Position numbers and translations under genes: made by a program. 32,000 nt of DNA from Synechocystis sp. PCC 6803 substr. PCC-P (GTDB lineage: Bacteria > Cyanobacteriota > Cyanobacteriia > Cyanobacteriales > Microcystaceae). Shown here in pieces: positions 31,528 to 32,000 of this stretch; the first letter of the stretch is position 1; every line of letters begins with the position of its first letter. Under the pieces are notes generated by a model, which did not search any database, had not been told where the DNA came from, and was given only the letters and a program-made list of their open reading frames with translations. Where the stretch lies: the NCBI RefSeq assembly GCF_000284455.1, contig NC_017039.1, positions 720,001 to 752,000 of the forward strand. Reading direction: 5' to 3'.

Positions 31528-31775
31528 CTGTTCTACTCTGGACTATGTTACTGGCGGTGTTTATTCCGCTCTTGGCCACCCTGCAACGGGGCAATATTTG
31601 GGTGAAAATGCTCTCCTTTGCCAGTGTTGCCACTAAAACATCAATCATCATTTTGGTGGTGTCGGTGTTGCGGGACGATTGGATGATTGGCATGGTGGGG
31701 GTTTTAATTCTCAGTGCCGGTAATGCGGCTTTGATGCTTTTGGCCCAATTAATTCGCCGGATGGAGGCCCTATGA
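31524..31775 (+). CDS. mrpF: Cation:proton antiporter subunit F (MrpF-like)
   Basis: MTVLLWTMLLAVFIPLLATLQRGNIWVKMLSFASVATKTSIIILVVSVLRDDWMIGMVGVLILSAGNAALMLLAQLIRRMEAL; ATGA overlap with mrpE. Confidence 0.88.
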   Translation: MTVLLWTMLLAVFIPLLATLQRGNIWVKMLSFASVATKTSIIILVVSVLRDDWMIGMVGVLILSAGNAALMLLAQLIRRMEAL

Positions 31776-32000
31776 TCACCACCATCATTAACTGGCTGAC
31801 TAACGGTTTTCTGGCCATGGGCATTCTTTTTTGGCTCTTTGGTACTTTTCCCCTACTTCAAAGTCGGCGATCGGTCATTACTAAACTCCATCTGCTAACG
31901 GTGTCGGACACCCTCGGCTCCATGGCGATCGTGGTGGGGCTATTTCTGAAACTGCCCCGGGAATGGCCCCTCCTGCTCTTAGCTATCATTTGTCTTTGTC
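31772..32000 (+). CDS. mrpG: Cation:proton antiporter subunit G (MrpG-like), truncated at the right window edge
   Basis: Open from ATG at 31772 in an ATGA overlap to the window end: MITTIINWLTNGFLAMGILFWLFGTFPLLQSRRSVITKLHLLTVSDTLGSMAIVVGLFLKLPREWPLLLLAIICLC. Confidence 0.85.
   Translation, partial: MITTIINWLTNGFLAMGILFWLFGTFPLLQSRRSVITKLHLLTVSDTLGSMAIVVGLFLKLPREWPLLLLAIICLC

Overview
This window reads as a core chromosomal segment of a Synechocystis sp. PCC 6803-like cyanobacterium. It contains, left to right: a truncated Wza/GumB-type polysaccharide export gene; serS; the complete phycocyanin operon cpcB-A-C2-C1-D with its long leader/promoter; an uninterrupted Ser/Thr kinase gene (SpkA type); aspartoacylase; an HpnA/dihydroflavonol reductase-like SDR; an Atx1 copper chaperone; an M23 peptidase; the C-terminal half of the split-intein DnaE; an FHA-domain class A penicillin-binding protein; a fibrillin/PAP protein; a duplicated-ATPase ABC transporter protein; a Tat-exported metallo-beta-lactamase-fold protein; and the start of an Mrp-type antiporter/NDH-like cluster with a tandem C-D duplication. 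I found no CRISPR array, transposase, tRNA or rRNA. The strongest signals beyond gene content are: (1) three related MITE-like elements of about 115-137 bp with imperfect terminal inverted repeats, all at gene 3' ends, two of which complete the TAG stop codon of the abutting minus-strand gene; (2) a metallo-beta-lactamase-fold protein that has lost its canonical metal-binding histidines; (3) the mrpC-mrpD / mrpC-mrpD tandem duplication; (4) the split-intein DnaE half-gene; (5) a full-length SpkA ORF; (6) an FHA-PBP fusion. Several of these are known in this lineage. The repeat/stop-codon relationship is the least familiar to me. All family names rest on reading motifs by eye; no searches were run.
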